32,000 nucleotides of DNA from a cyanobacterium endosymbiont of Epithemia turgida isolate EtSB Lake Yunoko (lineage in GTDB: Bacteria > Cyanobacteriota > Cyanobacteriia > Cyanobacteriales > Microcystaceae): positions 2,160,001 through 2,192,000 of the forward strand of contig NZ_AP012549.1 in assembly GCF_000829235.1 (NCBI RefSeq), given 5' to 3'. Every line of letters begins with the position of its first letter. Positions within the stretch are counted from its first letter, which is position 1. Below are positions 30,085 to 32,000 of the stretch, piece by piece. The notes under the pieces were generated by a model, which ran no database searches, was not told where the DNA came from, and saw only the letters and a program-made list of their open reading frames with translations. The translations under genes and the position numbers were made by a program.

Positions 30085-31605
30085 ATGATCATTCCCGATT
30101 TCAAAGAATTTTGCGCATTAGCCCAACAAGGCAATTTTATACCAATCTATCAGGAGTGGGGGGCAGATCTCGAAACTCCCGTATCAGCTTGGTATAAGGT
30201 TTGTAGCGGTCAGCCCTACAGTTTTTTATTGGAGTCAGTAGAAGGAGGAGAAAACCTCGGACGTTATAGTTTTTTAGGATGTGATCCCGTTTGGGTTTTG
30301 GAAGTCAAGGCTAATAGAACTACTCAAATTTATCGAGATAATTCAGTCAAAATCTTTGAGGGAAATCCATTTGACATATTGACCCAATGTTTAGTTCCTA
30401 TCCGTCCGGTTATCTTACCTCAACTACCATCGGGTATCGGAGGATTGTTTGGATTTTGGGGCTATGAATTGATTAATTGGATTGAACCTCGTGTTCCTAT
30501 TTATCCTTTAATGGAAGACGACTTACCCGATGGGGTATGGATGCAAGTAGATAGCCTGATAATTTTTGATCAGGTAAAGCGGAAAATTTGGGCGATTGTT
30601 TATGCTGATTTACGGCAAGAAAATATTAACTTAGAAGAGACTTATCAAAAAGCTTGTGATCGTGTCACTGGCTTAGTCCTAAGGTTAAAACTTCCCCTTC
30701 CCATGGAAGCCAAAACTCTAGAATTAAATCCCAAACCAGCCGATTCAGATCTTTCAGCATATGATAGTAACGTGGGACGATCACGTTTTTGTGAAAATGT
30801 TCTAAAAGCGAAGGAATACATCCGTGCAGGGGACATCTTTCAGGTTGTGGTTTCCCAACGCCTTAGCGCGACTTATGATAATGATCCTTTCAATCTTTAT
30901 CGTTCTCTTCGGTTGATTAATCCCTCCCCTTATATGGCTTATTATAATTTTGGGGACTGGCAAATTGTTGGATCAAGTCCAGAGGTCATGGTTAAATCCA
31001 AACGCAGTGAGAATAAGATCAAAGCTATCTTACGACCTATTGCTGGAACTCGACGAAGAGGAAAAACCTCCATCGAAGATCAGGCGTTGGCTAAAGAATT
31101 ATTAAAAGATCCAAAAGAAATAGCGGAACATGTTATGTTAGTCGACTTAGGACGTAACGATTTAGGCCGAGTTTGTGTTAAAGGAAGTGTCATCATTGAT
31201 GAGTTAATGATGATTGAACGCTATTCTCATGTAATGCATATCGTGAGCAATGCAACAGGAGAGTTGGCTCCCGATAAAACCGTTTGGGACTTGCTTAAAG
31301 CTTGTTTTCCAGCAGGAACGGTGAGCGGTGCGCCAAAAATTCGGGCGATGGAAATTATCCACGAGTTAGAACCTGAACGAAGGGGACCATATTCGGGAGT
31401 CTATGGCTACTATGATTTTGAAGGACAGTTAAATACTGCGATCGCTATTAGGACAATGGTTGTCCGCCCTTTGGGTGAAAATCAACATCTCGTATCGGTC
31501 CAGGCAGGAGCTGGACTAGTGGCTGATTCTGACCCTGAAACGGAGTATGAAGAGACTCTTGACAAAGCCAGAGGGTTATTAGAGGCGATGAATCGCCTAA
31601 GCTAA
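30085..31605 (+). CDS. trpE: Anthranilate synthase component I
   Basis: 506 aa with LLESVEGGE, the chorismate-binding domain motifs FPAGTVSGAPKIRAMEIIHELE and RGPYSGVYGY, and AGAGLVADSDP. Confidence 0.95.
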   Translation: MIIPDFKEFCALAQQGNFIPIYQEWGADLETPVSAWYKVCSGQPYSFLLESVEGGENLGRYSFLGCDPVWVLEVKANRTTQIYRDNSVKIFEGNPFDILTQCLVPIRPVILPQLPSGIGGLFGFWGYELINWIEPRVPIYPLMEDDLPDGVWMQVDSLIIFDQVKRKIWAIVYADLRQENINLEETYQKACDRVTGLVLRLKLPLPMEAKTLELNPKPADSDLSAYDSNVGRSRFCENVLKAKEYIRAGDIFQVVVSQRLSATYDNDPFNLYRSLRLINPSPYMAYYNFGDWQIVGSSPEVMVKSKRSENKIKAILRPIAGTRRRGKTSIEDQALAKELLKDPKEIAEHVMLVDLGRNDLGRVCVKGSVIIDELMMIERYSHVMHIVSNATGELAPDKTVWDLLKACFPAGTVSGAPKIRAMEIIHELEPERRGPYSGVYGYYDFEGQLNTAIAIRTMVVRPLGENQHLVSVQAGAGLVADSDPETEYEETLDKARGLLEAMNRLS

Positions 31606-31650
31606 CTTACCAGATTGCTATAGAACCAATTATTTTTTGTTTTAACTGAA

Positions 31651-31957
31651 TGGGGGCGGAGAGACTTGAACTCTCACGACCTTGCGGTCAACGGATTTTC
31701 ATTCTCTTATAGCTTTCGCTATTGCCGAAGTATTGGCTTTAAGAATTGGACTCTCTCTTTACCCTCAGCCTTACGTGTTAGGGTAGCTCCCGTCGAGTCT
31801 CTGCACCTTCCTCAAAATTATGAGGCTTGGCTCAGGATTGCCTTATCTGCATTTCAGACTTAGGTTTCCCTGAGTTTGAGAGCGGTCACTTGATAGATTT
31901 CTCTAACAAGGCTCAATTTCGTTAAGTCCGTAGCGTCTACCATTCCGCCACGCCCCC
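31651..31957 (-). tRNA. trnL: tRNA-Leu(UAA) interrupted by a group I intron (5' exon 31957-31924, 3' exon 31699-31651)
   Basis: The reverse complement reads GGGGGCGTGGCGGAATGGTAGACGCTACGGACTT, then the intron, then AAAATCCGTTGACCGCAAGGTCGTGAGAGTTCAAGTCTCTCCGCCCCCA. The acceptor stem GGGGGCG/CGCCCCC pairs, there is a long variable arm and a GAGAG-TTCAAGT-CTCTC T-arm, and the anticodon is split as U/AA. CCA is not encoded. Confidence 0.95.
31700..31923 (-). ncRNA. Group I (IC3) self-splicing intron of trnL(UAA)
   Basis: 224 nt with long matches to the Anabaena/plastid trnL intron core: ATTGAGCC, CTCTCAAACTCAGGGAAACCTAA, AAGGCAATCCTGAGCCAAGCC, GGAAGGTGCAGAGACTCGACGGGAGCTACCCTAAC, GAGGGTAAAGAGAGAGTCCAATTCT, and AAGAGAATG with a terminal G. 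P6 is a short hairpin (CCTCATAATTTTGAGG). Confidence 0.93.
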
Positions 31958-32000
31958 ACTACGTACTCCAGTAAGAGTAGTATGATTAACTCACTGTCTT

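Noticed and set aside
30645-30836. 63-aa - strand ORF
   Set aside because: It is antisense within trpE.
31438-31445. HIP1 octamer GCGATCGC
   Set aside because: This is the only perfect copy I found, inside trpE. It is consistent with a cyanobacterial origin, but a single occurrence carries no further signal. Depletion relative to other cyanobacteria cannot be judged from one window.
31666-31863. 65-aa + strand ORF
   Set aside because: It lies antisense across the trnL 3' exon and the group I intron, and the RNA gene explains the sequence conservation.

Overview
This is a cyanobacterial chromosomal segment. The evidence is a tRNA-Leu(UAA) gene split by the classic group I intron, a Yfr1-type sRNA with the ACUCCUCACAC core directly upstream of trxA, one HIP1 octamer, and typical cyanobacterial housekeeping proteins. 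I can support 18 intact housekeeping or conserved CDS: tadA, a hisS-linked 433-aa unknown, hisS, a DUF2993/LmeA-like protein, a GerMN protein, nagB-like, clpS, a CPBP protease, a hotdog thioesterase, pcrA/uvrD, trxA, an NTF2-like exported protein, murG, argJ, a DGAT2-like acyltransferase, dnaG, a fused double-NBD ABC ATPase and trpE. I also call one candidate small membrane ORF that is missing from the ORF track. The main oddity is architectural. Six ORF-free tracts of 1.3-2.2 kb, about 10.7 kb in total, separate the genes and are extremely AT-rich (hand-counted 60-nt lines run near 10-20% GC). Together with a stop- and frameshift-bearing Phd/YefM-like antitoxin relic, this looks like a genome in mid-stage reductive evolution. 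An endosymbiont-type cyanobacterium is my inference, and I cannot assign a lineage. Inside the deserts are several long inverted repeats with perfect arms (19-22 bp arms, each a unique sequence), which is not what neutrally decaying DNA should contain. I found no CRISPR array, transposase, integrase, defence operon or other convincing multi-gene novel system. The best second-look candidates are non-coding: the orphan hairpins, the GC-richer small-ORF island upstream of argJ, and the sRNA.
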